DNA of 64,000 bases, filler included, from Stramenopiles sp. TOSAG23-3 (GCA_900128585.1; 11 parts of 11 records of this genome joined end to end with filler, not necessarily neighbours in it), one strand, 5' to 3'. Numbered from the whole stretch's first letter, positions 20,344 to 33,200 are shown. Notes: generated from the sequence alone by a model not told the origin. Translations and numbers: made by a program.

Positions 20344-22027
20344 TTATTTCCCAATACAAAATTCTTGAAACAACGCATCAAGGACATCTTCCACCTGAAC
20401 GGTGCCTGTTAGTTTCTCAAGCGCCGTAGAAGCCATGCGCAATTCTTCGGCAGCCAGTTCCAACTGTCCGTGGCCTTCACTGATGCACTTTAACTGCTTC
20501 AAAGCGGTCGATAAACAGTCCAACGTCTCGACGAGGCGTTTTTTCTGCCGTGCACGAGATATAACCAAAGACTCTTTCCCAGAAATTGCTCCGAAATCTT
20601 GGGCGTTTGAGGGGCCAATCTGCTGCATCAATTGCTCCTTAAAAATGTCGATTCCAGTGTCGTCGTGGCAAGATACCAAAGCCATCGGTACACTTTCAAT
20701 CCTGTCCACTCCGTGTTGCATGAAAAATTCCCGGACAAGGGGACCGACGGCATCTTGCTGCCCGCCGTCTTCCACGGCCACGGGGGGGGGGATGCCCGTC
20801 ACTGTCCTGCTAAACAATCCGTCGCTGCCTTTTATCAAGTCGGCTTTGTTTATAACGATGATGTCTGGGAAGATATCGTCGCTGCTTAACTGCTTCATGG
20901 TGGCCAGTAAATCCGTCTGGGCATCGCGCCCAGTGTGCTGTTGCTGCAGGAACGCTGCAATATCCAAAACAAAAACTCGAATATCCGCACTCCGTGCACT
21001 GTCCTTTGCCAATTGAATGCCAATCTTCTCGACCGGGTCACTGACCGAATGTCTTATTCCAGCACTGTCAGAAAACTTAAAGGCCAGCCCATCAATGTCA
21101 ACAGATGACTCAATAATATCACGTGTGGTTCCCGGTATATCAGTCACAATCGAAACGTCACGATTGAGCAAACAGTTGAGCAGGGACGATTTCCCTGCAT
21201 TTGTTGGCCCCACGATAGTGACCCGGATGCCATCCCTGACTATTTCACGGGACTGGTGGCGTATGTGCATGTCAATGTCTTCGCGCAAATTTTCGATTTG
21301 CTCCACCATTCTGAATAAAATAGGATTCTCAAACACATCGCTCTCCTCTTCCCCAAAGTCTAACAGTGCTTCGCAATTGGATCGAGCCGAAATCAAACTT
21401 TGGCGCCAACCGCTTATTACCTCGGCACCGTCTCCATTCAATTGCCTGAGGGCCAGCACCCGCTGCTCGTCCGTGTCAGCATTTACCAAATCAGACAAGG
21501 CCTCCACCTCCAAAAGATTCATTTTATTGTTCTCGTACGACCGACGAGTGAACTCGCCCTTGTAAGACATGCGAAAATCTGGCAGAGATCCCAGCGCTTC
21601 CAACACGCTGGACGTAACGGACACACCGCCATGCAGATGAAGCTCCAACATGTCCTCGCCTACGGTGGTAGAAGAAAAAACATTCAAAGATATTGTTAGT
21701 GAGTGGGTCGGGTAAGGGGCGCGCAGGGCGTGCCTGGCGTAAAAGTGCTGACGCGAACGTACCGGTGAAGCTGTTGGGGCCTGAAAACTTGACACAAAGG
21801 GCCCTGTCCAGCGGAAGACTATTTACAGGGTCCTGCAAGTTGCAAAGAAACATTTTTCGATTTGGCATACCTGCCACAATCTGTTCGTCACAATCAACCA
21901 TGGACCGGAACGGTTCGAACGCGTTTGGACCCGAAATTCGTACTACGGAAATTGCAGCTTTGCTCCCAATAGCCCCGGTGGATAAGCCGTATATCGTCCT
22001 GCCAACTTCGACGAGGCGTTTAGCCAT
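20344..22027 (-). CDS. GTPBP3: tRNA modification GTPase MnmE/GTPBP3; complement join(21763..22027,20344..21659), 526 aa
   Basis: TIYGLSTG, VVRISGP, GPTNAGKSS, GTTRD, DSAGIR, NKAD and C-terminal FCIGK. A 103-nt intron (GTACGT...CACTAAC...TAG) restores SFTGEDMLE. Confidence 0.95.
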
Positions 22028-22414
22028 GCTAAAAGCGCAAGGGACAACCGTGAGGGGTCCGCGAACTAGCAAAATAGAATAAAGCCCACCAACGCACACC
22101 GAAGGGGTGGGGGTCGTAGCAATCCGATCTCCAAGAAACTATCTGTTGGCTTTATAGACTATCATGCGTATCTATTTCAGAAAGTGAATATCCCTGCACA
22201 TTTGTGTAGTAATCCGTTCGTTATTTGTGTGATTTCTTTCGTCGCGTCTGTTCCAGGTACATATTGAATCATAAACTGTGAATATTTTGAAGAATTAATT
22301 ATTCGCGCAGGGTGGTTTCGTTTCAATCCGCTCAAAAACAATTCCCAGGAGAGAGGTGGCGGTTGTTGGGTGGACGGACCGATGACACAAATAATAAAAA
22401 ATTAAAAAAAAAAA

Positions 22415-22555
22415 AGAAGAAGAAGAAGAAAGAAGAAGAAGAAGAAGAAGAAGAAGAAGAAGAAGAAGAAGAAGACCAAGAAGAAGAAGAAGAAGAAGAA
22501 GAAGAAGAAGAAGAAGAAGAAGAAGAAGAAGAAGAAGAAGAAGAAGAAGAAGAAG
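22415..22555. repeat. (GAA)n microsatellite at contig end
   Basis: Direct repeat. Confidence 0.95.
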
Positions 22556-23230
22556 NNNNNNNNNNNNNNNNNNNNNNNNNNNNNNNNNNNNNNNNNNNNT
22601 TAATTAATTAANNNNNNNNNNNNNNNNNNNNNNNNNNNNNNNNNNNNNNNNNNNNAAGAAAGAAATAAAAGAAAAGAAAAGAAAGAGAAGAAAGAAAGAA
22701 AATGTATTATTATACCCTTGGTAAATAAATAGGAGGATTATAGATAGGGAAGATTATTTGAATTATAAGTATAGATTAATACTATACTTTATACAAGAGT
22801 ATAATACTCGTGGTGGTGGCGCTAATATACTATAAATAAAGAATAATAATTTTTCGCTCTATAATGATGAGTGATAATGGTGTTTTTCTTAATGTTGGAT
22901 TTGCAAAAGATATACAAATCACGTAATTAATTTAGTAAAGTAACATTAATAATTATATATGTATATTTATAATTTATTAATTACGTGAAGTACGTAATAA
23001 AAGACATTCCTAATAAAAAAAAATCTTCGTCGTCGGTCGTAATAACATGATTCGGAGTTGTTCGCGTACTAGTAGTTTTTATTCTTCCAATTATTTATAG
23101 TTATTAAAGTGTATCATAGATAGTGTAACATCTCATCAATAAGTAATACAAAGGAAAGAGAGCAATAGTATATTTCATGGGCCTTTCCTTTCAATTGTAT
23201 TTTTAAAGTGAAAAATTTACCATTGATATA

Positions 23231-24320
23231 ATGGCATCTACCAGCCCTGCCCCTGAAATTGAAACCAATACCCCCTCTATTGAATACAATCAATGCAAAG
23301 GAGTCCCTAGTTCCGTTGTTCAGTGCAAAGAGGTTGATCCTAAGACCATCGAAATTAACTGGGAGAACTTAAATTATCGTCATTCAAATAGTGTTCGAAA
23401 TGAGAAAAGTCAGTGCTTTGTAGTAGATGGATCTGACTGGCAAGTGATCTGTTATCGAAACGGGTATAGACAACCACGTGATCGTGGTTTCTTATCTGTA
23501 CATTTCAAACCAGTTAATTATAGCCAAGATGTCGAAATAAAATCTTACAAAATGAAAATACATGCAGGTGGTTCCATATACGCGGAAAAAATTGTTAACA
23601 GTGCGCTTGTATTTAGGACCGACATCGATTCACTATACGGTATAAATCAGTTGGCAAATGCACGCCAACTTCCCAATAGGTTTCATCTTTGCCTTACCAT
23701 TGAATTAAAAAAAACCAAAGAGATGCATTTGCCACTTCCAAACATATATACGGTGGAAGTTCCAGCTCTTATAAAAATGTTTGATGATCAGGCAAACACA
23801 GACGTGACATTGAAGTGCATATATGGGAATGAGAATTACCAAATTTGTGCCCATTGTTCACTTTTAAGTGCTTTTTCCCCGGTATTTTCAGCAAACGATC
23901 AACATACAGGAAGACATTAGTGAACAGGCAATGGCTGTCTTTGTGCGAATGTTTTATGGGGCAACCGTTGAAGGGGAAACATTCGCTGCTGTTGCACCAC
24001 AACTGTTTGTTTTATCTAGTTTGTACAATGTTGAATTACTTCAAAATATTTGCATAGAATGGATTGTAAAAACCTTATCGATTGAATCCGCTGTTGAAAC
24101 ACTCTTAGTTGCCGACCGCTTTGAAGGAGAATGTCCAGTGTTAAAGCCAGCAGTTCTGGAATTTATAGCGGTAAATGCAAAAGATATAATGGGGCACGAG
24201 AGTTATAAGCTTTTGTTGGAACACAAGCAGACCAGGCTTTTGTCACAGCTAAATATCGCTCTGGCAGATAAAATAAATACTTTAACTTCTCATGCAACCA
24301 AGCGAAAGCGAAGTGAATGA
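23231..24320 (+). pseudogene. SPOP-like MATH-BTB gene with a frameshift near 23890
   Basis: MATH-like region (F.V.G..W....Y.NG, FLSV) and BTB start (DVTL, AH..LL...SPVF) in one frame. The rest of BTB/BACK is in the 23868-24320 frame. Confidence 0.8.
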
Positions 24321-24502
24321 GCTATGTATTTTATAAATAATTTTAATTAGTTTTTTTTTTTTAAACTTAAAAATATGTTAACACTGGTGCGTTAACAAAA
24401 ATATTTTGCTTCCCTCTCGTTTTCACGCGCGAATGAGTGCAAGAACAATTAAAAACCCCTCCCCCCCTTCAAGGGTTTTGTACGTTCAAATGAGAACAAT
24501 TA

Positions 24503-25267
24503 TTACGAAGTCACCACCAAGGACACCGCCATGGTTTCTCTATACCGTCTATCCCTTTTGTGTATCGATGCGGTCCCAGATTTCCGGTAAATGTTGCCAG
24601 TTGCAAACAGCATCATTTGCATCTTTTTGTCTTGAATTGCGGTAAAGATTCCCTTCACGGAAAACAGCAAGACTTGGATGAGAATGGAGCGCTTCGTATC
24701 CCTTTTCCATATGACGGTGGTTTCGTCGTGAATTTTATACGACACAAGTTCAATGCCGTTGTCTACCGTGCCTAGCGTTCGTTCGTAGATGCTGTACAGG
24801 GCTAGAACCACAAAGATCGTGTACGCGCCCAAAACATACATACGACTCTTTACTTTTACTGCGTCCATGCATATGCAACCCACAATTAGAACCAGAAACG
24901 CAAGGCTCTTCGCCTGTGACATCCCAGGATCAGTGGGTTTGTAAATTTCAATCCCCAAGTTGAGCCCGCCAAGCCCGAGAATTATCACGACAGTTGTCTC
25001 ATTTAACAATCGTTTGAGAATAGTCCGACTAATATTTTTATACAGGGTTAGGACCAAGAACGCAATACTCAGAGCGCATGCGACGAAAGCGGGCACCAGC
25101 GTTGACCTAAAACGTCCCGAAAGCACATACAAGATGCACCCTATCACCCCAAAACAACCCAAACCTCGTTCTCCCCAGTACACACGACGACGCAAGCCTT
25201 TATCCAACGCCGTTTCCCTTCCCATCAAAGTAATACTTGCCCGATTATTGTTTCTTTTCTTCGGCAT
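24503..25267 (-). CDS. Uncharacterised multi-pass membrane protein
   Basis: About 6 hydrophobic segments. First ATG at 25267; the true start is uncertain. Confidence 0.65.
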   Translation of the reverse strand: MPKKRNNNRASITLMGRETALDKGLRRRVYWGERGLGCFGVIGCILYVLSGRFRSTLVPAFVACALSIAFLVLTLYKNISRTILKRLLNETTVVIILGLGGLNLGIEIYKPTDPGMSQAKSLAFLVLIVGCICMDAVKVKSRMYVLGAYTIFVVLALYSIYERTLGTVDNGIELVSYKIHDETTVIWKRDTKRSILIQVLLFSVKGIFTAIQDKKMQMMLFATGNIYRKSGTASIHKRDRRYRETMAVSLVVTS

Positions 25268-25771
25268 GTTGGAAAGCTCACGTAGGGTATCTTTCTGGAC
25301 TCGTCGCAACAAGAAGGGAAACGTCGGTTGACCCCCCCTTCCCCCCCAAGCTGCAAAAAAATGACTGGCTGTCGAATTCGTTCTTGCTTATACGTTTTCA
25401 GTAGAATGGTCAGTTCACCATGGATCATGTTTTACAAAAACGTATCATTCATGTGCACGTTCAAGAGTAGAGTAACAAATACAGACTAATCTAGAGAATA
25501 GATGATAGAAATTAGAAGAAGAGGGGGAGGAGGAGGTAGAGGGTAGAGGAGGGATTCTTTAAATACCAAATGGTAAATGAAAAGGAGGCTGCCACTACTT
25601 GAAAATTAATAAAACAAAATAAAAGTACAATTATTATGTATTATAATTCCATTTTTACTATCTAAATATGTTAATAAAGAAAGAAGAACCTTTCTTCTAT
25701 CCTTTTCTATATAAATAAATATATAGCTATAATATAGTTAGTACTGTGTATTTATATATAAAATATACCAT

Positions 25772-25803
<32 letters not shown>

Positions 25804-26204
25804 TTGTACCTTTCTTCCTCTTTTTATTCAAAAAGTAATTATTATTACCTAGATAATTATATACTAATTTAAAAATAGACTAAGAAATCATCTAAAAAAA
25901 CAAGTTATTAGGAGCAGTAGTATTATATTATTATTAAAATAACCAAATTAAACAATTATTATTGTTGTTGATGAAGAAGAAAGATAGACACAAACAGAAA
26001 TTATTAAAGAAGAAAAAATGAATGTCATACATGATCGGGAAAAAAACAAATTAGTTTTTACACGACAGCGGTGATTGTTTGAAAAAGAACACCGACGATT
26101 TTATTTTGAAAAGTGGTAGAAAATCCTTTGTGTTGTTGTGCGCGTACGTACCAGCGTTAGCTTCGGGCGAACTTCAAGTCAGAAGACAGGAGCGGCCTAG
26201 CCCC

Positions 26205-28091
26205 ATGCTGCGTTTGGGCACCGCCTTCAGGTATCGAAGGGGCCCCCTGGGACTGCTTCGCACAGCAAGAGAAAACACCCGCGCCCCGCTGGCGTTTGGG
26301 GGGCACAATTACTACCCTCTCCATGGCCACTTTACCAGCACGAGAGCCTTGGGCCAGCCGCAGGACGAGGAGGGAACGGAGGAGCCCGCGAAGCGAAGGG
26401 TGGGGTTTTTCGACCGAGAAAGGTCTGTTGCCGGGGACGGCTTCAACCGGTGGCTTGCCGTCCCCGCGGGGACGTTAGTGACCGCCAGCATCGGCGCCGT
26501 CTACGCGTGGTCCTCGTTCAACGCGCCGCTGTGCCGAACCCTCGGCGTCGTCGTCCCGTCTGCGAACGACTGGGAGATGGGGAGCGTGGTTCCAATATTC
26601 TCCGCCTGTGCGATTGGGTTGGGGGTCACCACCTTTACCCTTGGGAAATGGGCCGAACGGGTAGGGCCGAGGAAGGTCGCCGGGACGGCCGCGGTGTTGT
26701 GGAGCAGCGGCCTGGCCTGTGCCGCGCTGGGAACGTACACTCACACCTTGCCGCTCTGCTACGCGGGCTACGGTGTCCTGGGGGGCGCCGGGTGGGGGCT
26801 CGGTTACATCAGCCCGGTGTCCAACTTGATGAAGTGGTTCCCCGACAAGCGTGGGTTGGCCACCGGGCTGGCCCTGGCGTCCTTCGGCGGCGGCGCGATC
26901 CTCGCCGCGCCGATGAATAGGCACTTCATGGAAAAGTACTTTGTCGCACCCGACTACCTGGGCTTGGTGTCGGACAACAACGTGGTGACGGAAGGGGGGA
27001 AGCGCTTCGTCGAGGTGGCCGGGGAGATGACCGAGGTGGTCGTGGCCACGGCCGCGGACGTGGCGAAGCTTCCCGGTGAGCTGGTGGAGGGGGTGTACAT
27101 TGTCGGGACAGGTTCCACCGGGGTCGCCGAGACGTTTGTCACGCTCGCAGCCCTGCACTTCGCGGCGATGATGGCAGGGGCGTTGATGCAGCGGGTGCCC
27201 CAGTCGGGGTGGAGGCCGGACGGGTACAGCCCCCCGGAGGAGGAAGAGGCGCAAGCCGCGGGCGGCGGCACGCCCGCGTACGAGGGGGTGCCCGTCGACG
27301 TGGCCTTCAAAACCCCGCAGTTTGCCCTGCTTTGGGCAGGGGTCTTTGGAAACGCCATTGCGGGGGTGTCCGTAATGGCGTGCGCCAAGGACATCGTCGG
27401 GGACGTTTTCACGGGCGCCTTTCCCGCAGTCGTTACCGCGGGGTTTTTGTCGGGGTACATTTCTTCGTTGAGCGCTGCGAACGGCAGCGGCCGCTTCGTT
27501 TGGGCCGCCGTCTCGGACTACATCGGCCGCAAGAACACCCAGTTCATCTTTGGCCTCACCATCCCCATTGCCCTCGGCCTGCCTTATTTGACCACGATGG
27601 TCACTCAGGGGGTTGGGGGGATGATGCCGCTGACGTTGTTTTATGCCGGCTCTGTGCTGGCGATCAGCTTCTACGGAGGAATTTTTTCCGTGTTGCCAGC
27701 ACAAATTAGTGACGTCTTCGGCCTGCGGAACGCCGGGGCCATTCACGGGCGCGCGCTCACCGCGTGGAGCGCCAGCGCCGTCGTTGGCCCGAAAATTTTG
27801 ACCACGCTCCGCCAGTCGTCGTACGAGGGCGCCGTCGGCGATTTGGTAGCCGTGTGCGACCCGGCCGTGTTTCTTAAAACCTTTGGAGCCCCAATTTCAG
27901 AGCTGAAAACGTTGGTTGAAACGAAAACCGTGACCATCCCTTCGCTGATGGAAATAGTCCCACCGGGCACCTTGGACCCGACCCCGCACCTTTACGATAC
28001 CACTTGCTACGCGATGAGCGGTTTGATTGGCGCTGCCGTCCTTTGCAACGCCATGATTCGACCCGTTTCGAGGGATAAATTTGAGACGTGA
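26205..28091 (+). CDS. MFS transporter, oxalate/formate antiporter (OFA) family, with N-terminal presequence
   Basis: IGAVYAWS, ERVGPR, LGYISPVS.LMKWFPDKRGLATGLA...FGGGA and GRFVWA.VSDYIGRK motifs. Confidence 0.92.
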   Translation: MLRLGTAFRYRRGPLGLLRTARENTRAPLAFGGHNYYPLHGHFTSTRALGQPQDEEGTEEPAKRRVGFFDRERSVAGDGFNRWLAVPAGTLVTASIGAVYAWSSFNAPLCRTLGVVVPSANDWEMGSVVPIFSACAIGLGVTTFTLGKWAERVGPRKVAGTAAVLWSSGLACAALGTYTHTLPLCYAGYGVLGGAGWGLGYISPVSNLMKWFPDKRGLATGLALASFGGGAILAAPMNRHFMEKYFVAPDYLGLVSDNNVVTEGGKRFVEVAGEMTEVVVATAADVAKLPGELVEGVYIVGTGSTGVAETFVTLAALHFAAMMAGALMQRVPQSGWRPDGYSPPEEEEAQAAGGGTPAYEGVPVDVAFKTPQFALLWAGVFGNAIAGVSVMACAKDIVGDVFTGAFPAVVTAGFLSGYISSLSAANGSGRFVWAAVSDYIGRKNTQFIFGLTIPIALGLPYLTTMVTQGVGGMMPLTLFYAGSVLAISFYGGIFSVLPAQISDVFGLRNAGAIHGRALTAWSASAVVGPKILTTLRQSSYEGAVGDLVAVCDPAVFLKTFGAPISELKTLVETKTVTIPSLMEIVPPGTLDPTPHLYDTTCYAMSGLIGAAVLCNAMIRPVSRDKFET

Positions 28092-28416
28092 GGATTCAGT
28101 GGGGGGGTTTGTCATCGTCTGTTTCAATATTGTACTTATACACGTTGAGAATTATTTTATTTAGAGATTGCCAACCAAAAAGGTGTTTTATTGCTATTTA
28201 CGAAAAGTCATTTGTAAATCGATAAGCATTTTGATGCAAAAACAAAAAATGTGCAAGCAAGGAATCGCGTATCATATTTGTTAAACTCGTAAATTTAATA
28301 AAAAGTTTTTATTCAAGTTACTTTTAACAGCGCGCAAGCGCGCCTATATTTTGTATATTAATTTGTTTACGCCACCGCACTCGTAAAGTATGCTACCTCT
28401 AAACCGCGCCTACGCC

Positions 28417-29607
28417 TCAACTCATGTTCAATTCGTTCTTGATGTTGGCAATAAAATCGTACGTGTTCTTAACGCTGGCCTCGTCCTCCTTCACGCTTAG
28501 CTCCGTCCTCAAGCGTTCAATTTCCAGGCCTTCTTCCAGGTTCTTCGTCAATCTCTCAATCTCGTCCGGGGACAACATTTTCTTGCCGTCGACCCCACGC
28601 GGCCCCTGCCGCCTGTTGCTGGTGTCGCCAAGCACGGACGAGTGGATGGGTTTTTCTTTCCACTGAGGCAGCATTTCTTGCCCAACATCGTTCTCTTGCT
28701 GTCGCCGGGGGCCGCTTGCCAGCGCTGCGGAGGCCCCGCCCGCACTACTACTTGGAGCGTCTGCGTTGCTACTGTTTCTACTATTCCTTCTCCTCGCCAT
28801 GGGGTTCTGTTGCCGGGACGATTTGGTGTTCGCGGGGCGGTTGGCCCGCTTCTTCGCGCCTGGCCTGCCAAACGGGCGGCTCTTGGGATTCCCCCGGGTA
28901 GGCTTCTTCTTTCCAGCCCCACCCCCCCCTCTCTTTTTCGAAACCTTCTTCCCCCCTCTATTCGAAGAGCCACTTTTTTTCCGGCGGTTCCCGCCGCTGA
29001 TGCTTTCTATGTAAGCGAATGCTTCTTGCACAAGTGCCTGTTGTTTGTCACTATCCAGTTCTCGAAAATTCGGCTTCGGTGCGTCCTCGCGCTGGTCCTT
29101 TTCCGGCGCCAAGAGGGCCTCGTCCTCTTCCTCGTCTTCAAACTCGTCGTCGTCACTATATTCGTCCTCGTCCTCCTCCACGTCCCCGACGTTGGCGCTT
29201 CCCACCTTTGCGACCTGGCTCGACAGCGCGCTCGGGTTCCTTCCGAACAGCATTGGGCGCTGGACCGACGGCGACGAGGGGGCAGGGGGCGCGCCAAACC
29301 TTGGAGGCGCGACCGACGCGGCTTCTTTTGCGGAAAGCACCATCCTGCCGGCGTCGCCAAGCTTTGGCCCTCTCACGTTGAGAAAGTCGTCCATCGAAGT
29401 CCGTTTGCCGAAAATACTACCAAAGAAGGTGGTCTTCTTTGCGACTTGGTCTACCGTTTGGCCCGCCTTTTCCGGGTCACCGCCGACGGTGACCTTGTAG
29501 TGGCCGGCACCAGTCATGGACGTTCCCGTCCCTCCAGTTCGGACGTAGCACGACGGCGTGCTCAACGCCGCCGCAGCCTTTAGCCCGGACCCAACCGCGT
29601 AAGACAT
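28417..29607 (-). CDS. Uncharacterised low-complexity protein
   Basis: 396-aa ATG ORF in a GC-rich island, with acidic and basic tracts and a C-terminal helix. Confidence 0.75.
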   Translation of the reverse strand: MSYAVGSGLKAAAALSTPSCYVRTGGTGTSMTGAGHYKVTVGGDPEKAGQTVDQVAKKTTFFGSIFGKRTSMDDFLNVRGPKLGDAGRMVLSAKEAASVAPPRFGAPPAPSSPSVQRPMLFGRNPSALSSQVAKVGSANVGDVEEDEDEYSDDDEFEDEEEDEALLAPEKDQREDAPKPNFRELDSDKQQALVQEAFAYIESISGGNRRKKSGSSNRGGKKVSKKRGGGGAGKKKPTRGNPKSRPFGRPGAKKRANRPANTKSSRQQNPMARRRNSRNSSNADAPSSSAGGASAALASGPRRQQENDVGQEMLPQWKEKPIHSSVLGDTSNRRQGPRGVDGKKMLSPDEIERLTKNLEEGLEIERLRTELSVKEDEASVKNTYDFIANIKNELNMS

Positions 29608-30205
29608 GTTATTCTGTTTTTAGTTTTGGGGGTGGCGGTGGAATGCAACCGTTACCAGTGGTGAGGGAGCGAGTCGCGTGCACGCACCGTTTAATAATTC
29701 GCAAAGCAAATGTATGCGTGTGTAAAAACTCCCCTTGGTTTGTTTCCAATCCTTTCTTTTCTCTGTGTAGATATTTGTTTTCATTTTGTACATAAAATTG
29801 AAACACATTCTTTCTACGAATTGTATACAGAAGAAGTGTATATTGCTCTTTCCTCTAGAACGACTAATAAAATAGTAGTAGAAATAAGATGAAGAAAAGA
29901 AATTGAGATGAATGAATGAATGAAAGGAAGGAAGGAAGGAAGAAGAAGAAGAAGAAAAAATAAAATCATCGTTGGGGTGTTGTTTTGATTTTGTTGTTAA
30001 AATACATGTACACAGTATAGAGTATTAAAAATAATAAATAACAAACTAAAAAATAATAATAATAAATAAAATAATCGCTAAATAATAAAAAATAAANNNN
30101 NNNNNNNNNNNNNNNNNNNNNNNNNNNNNNNNNNNNNNNNTTAATTAATTAANNNNNNNNNNNNNNNNNNNNNNNNNNNNNNNNNNNNNNNNNNNNGAAA
30201 GAGGA

Positions 30206-33200
30206 ATGTTAACGTATTATTCCGCGGAGCTTACATCCATGCCACACGCGCCTGTTATTATTGATGTAGATTATGATAATACATGCGCAGTCTGCCACCC
30301 CAATAGATTATATTTCACCCCAGAAAATTGGAACATAAAACAGAAAGTAAGTGTTAAATCAATGGCGATACCAGGTACCGACAATGCTGAAGAGGTGATA
30401 ATAAACCATCGAGGAGCTTCGAACGATGATCAATACAACAGCCCAAATCTTGTCACAACTCCAACTTACTTACTGGTCACTATACTGGATTCAGATGCTC
30501 CTTATTTATGGGGCTTTGGAACCGTTCCCCTGGATGAACAACATACCGCTGGGTGCGTCCCGCATCATATTGACTTAAAAAGTTTAGAACATAAACCAAA
30601 AGGCGACAGTACCAACCACAGAGAAGCTTGGGTGCGACCATGGCGAGACAATAAAAACGGTACATCTTATACTCGAAAAAAGGCAAAATTGCAGCAAAAG
30701 TGTAGGATAAAAGAAAGAGTCTTATCCCACGTGATACAATCGTCAAAATTAAAAGGGAAAACGTACATGTCGGCCCCGTCGCAGGAAATAGAGTCTCGCC
30801 GTATAATATCGAGGGCGAAAGGGAAAAAACGCTTCTTTGACCACAACAAAATAGATCATGAAATTGAAAATGAAGCGCGGGAGGACGCTCGTTGCCAGCG
30901 CATGTGGAAGGCAATAGATACCGGCGGGGATGGGACAGTATCTGTCGAAGAGTTGAGACTGTACTTTAAGCGGACCTTCAAATACTCTGATGTTTACATT
31001 GATCGCATGGTCAACTTTGTTGACAAGGATAAGTCAGGCATTATCTCTTTAAATGAGTTCAAATCATACATGAAAAATAGGAAAAAGATTCGAGCGCAGT
31101 ACATTAAAGACAAAGAAGAGCATCAGGTACAAGAGCACGAAGAAGAGGAACAAAATCTCGAAAAACAGTTGTTCCCGGTTTCAAGGCAAGTGCTGAGCAT
31201 AAACATTCAAACAATGGAAAAACGCCGAACAATAAAGAGAAAGAAGAAAAAGCATTTTCGCTCTTTCAAGAGCATTATTCGCCAGAAAAAGGCCGCCGCC
31301 GAGGAGGCAAAAGCAAATGGGAAAAAAGACCAAAAAGCACCGACGCACATAACAGAAATTTCTTGCGGAGAAGGTTTCAGCTGCTTCGTTACTGGAAAGG
31401 GAAAATTATATACGTTTGGAGAGAATAATTCATCAGGCCAACTCGCGCATGGGGATTATGTTTCCAGATACACTCCAACAGTGTGGGACGGAATGGATAG
31501 TCTTGGAAGTAAACACCGAGTGGCAAACGTTAGCTGCGGCAGCGAGCATGCGGCTTGCACGACTTCTGAAGGGATTGTACTGACGTGGGGAAATGGGGCA
31601 AATGGAAAGTTGGGGCATGGAAACTGTAGAAACGTAACGACCCCATCGCCTGTAAGAAGCTTGCTGCATGATGCGGGGCACAGGGCCATAGCATCTTCCG
31701 TTGCATGCGGAGGACGACATACGGTTATGTTGACAGAAAACCGTGACGTATATTCTTGGGGGTTTGGACAGTCAGGGGCACTTGCATTATGTGACCGAAA
31801 AAAAAGAGCAAAACGGAGAGCAGACGTTCTTACACCTGCACGAGTACATTTTTTCGATAGCGCACACCCGAAAAAAGTTGTAGCGGGGGGAAGCCACAAT
31901 ATATTTATCATGGGTGGAAATGGTTTAGCGTTAAGCGTTGGATGGGGGGATGACGGTCAACTGGGACGTTCTGTACAAGGGTCCGACGACGTTCCTCGTC
32001 CTGTTCAAATGCCCCAGGGCGAAGCTGTCTGCGACGCTGCATGCGGAGACGCGCACTCATTGGTGCTTTGTGAAAACAATCATGTTTATGCATTCGGAGA
32101 TAACAGTTTTGGTCAACTGGGCATTGGAAATCGAAAAAAGAAGTTTTACCCACAACGGGTTCCCTTGTTGTCTAATTTGAATATAATTTTGCTACAGGCG
32201 GGAGGGCGACATTCAGCAGCGATTACACAATCCGGGGCGTTGTATACTTGGGGAGCGGGGGAAGCGAACCAAATAGGATGGGGGGAAGGGAATGGCAATA
32301 GAAACAGCCTGGATGGGCTGGTTCCTCGCAATGTTGAACGGTTGGCCGGCATTCGAGTAATTCAAGTAGCTCTCGGACAGGCCCATTCCTTGTGCACTTC
32401 TATGGAGCCCGAGGCAGACAACCAATTGAAAAACAGCGTGGTTCTGAGAAAAAATCATGATAAAATTGACGATAGCCGGAAATTACGTATCAAGAAACTG
32501 TTTGAGTTGGTTGATCAAACGATTGACTCAAATATAAACGGACAACGCGTTTTGTCTCTTGCAACGGGAGAAATTTTGAAAACAAGGTTAGAGGGCGAAT
32601 TAATTGGATGGAATGTCCTGCCAGAAAAGGAGGCCGAAGCAGAAGAAATCAAGCGGTCGATCCTAAAAAAAATAGCTATTCTCTCGGAGCAGAAACTGAA
32701 TCCAGCCAATCAAGAGACCAGAAGGCGTCGAATCAAATGTGGAAACGGTAGGCCCGCTACTGCGACTGGTCTAGTACAGCGAGAAAAACAAGTGCCGAAA
32801 AAGCGGTCGAAGCGTAATTCTAGGCGCCCAAGTACAGCCATCGGCGCCAGAACTTACGCTCCACCATCCGTTCCAGTCCCTGCACCTATCCGAAAGTCAT
32901 TCCAACCTCCAAGTTCTGGCAGAGTAGTTTATGAACCTTCCAAGGCCCATGACTCAAAGATTCCCGTGGCCACTCGACCTGCAACTGCTAATCTTAGACA
33001 AGAGTTTGTCGGTCGCAGAAAAACATTCAAGAGGCCAGCAACTGCTTCTAATGGACAGGGGCTTCGCAAAGTTTATGCAAATGGAAAAGTGTCCGCTGCG
33101 AACGGGAAAAAATCATTAAGACGACCAGCTACCGCATTAAGTAGTCGAAATTCTCCCCGGAAATCAAAAAAAAGAAGGCCCGTTAGTGCTACTGGGAGGG

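Noticed and set aside
22312-22611. Poly-Lys/Glu ORF (also 7328-7516, 18437-18682)
   Set aside because: Translations of microsatellites.
23882-23891. 10-nt GT..AG micro-intron that would fix the BTB frameshift
   Set aside because: Too short for the spliceosome, and it would delete the conserved VF residues.
26475-27746. Long antisense ORFs (also 28642-29583, 39239-40267, 56834-57640)
   Set aside because: Expected shadows of GC-rich coding sequence, with no recognisable motifs.
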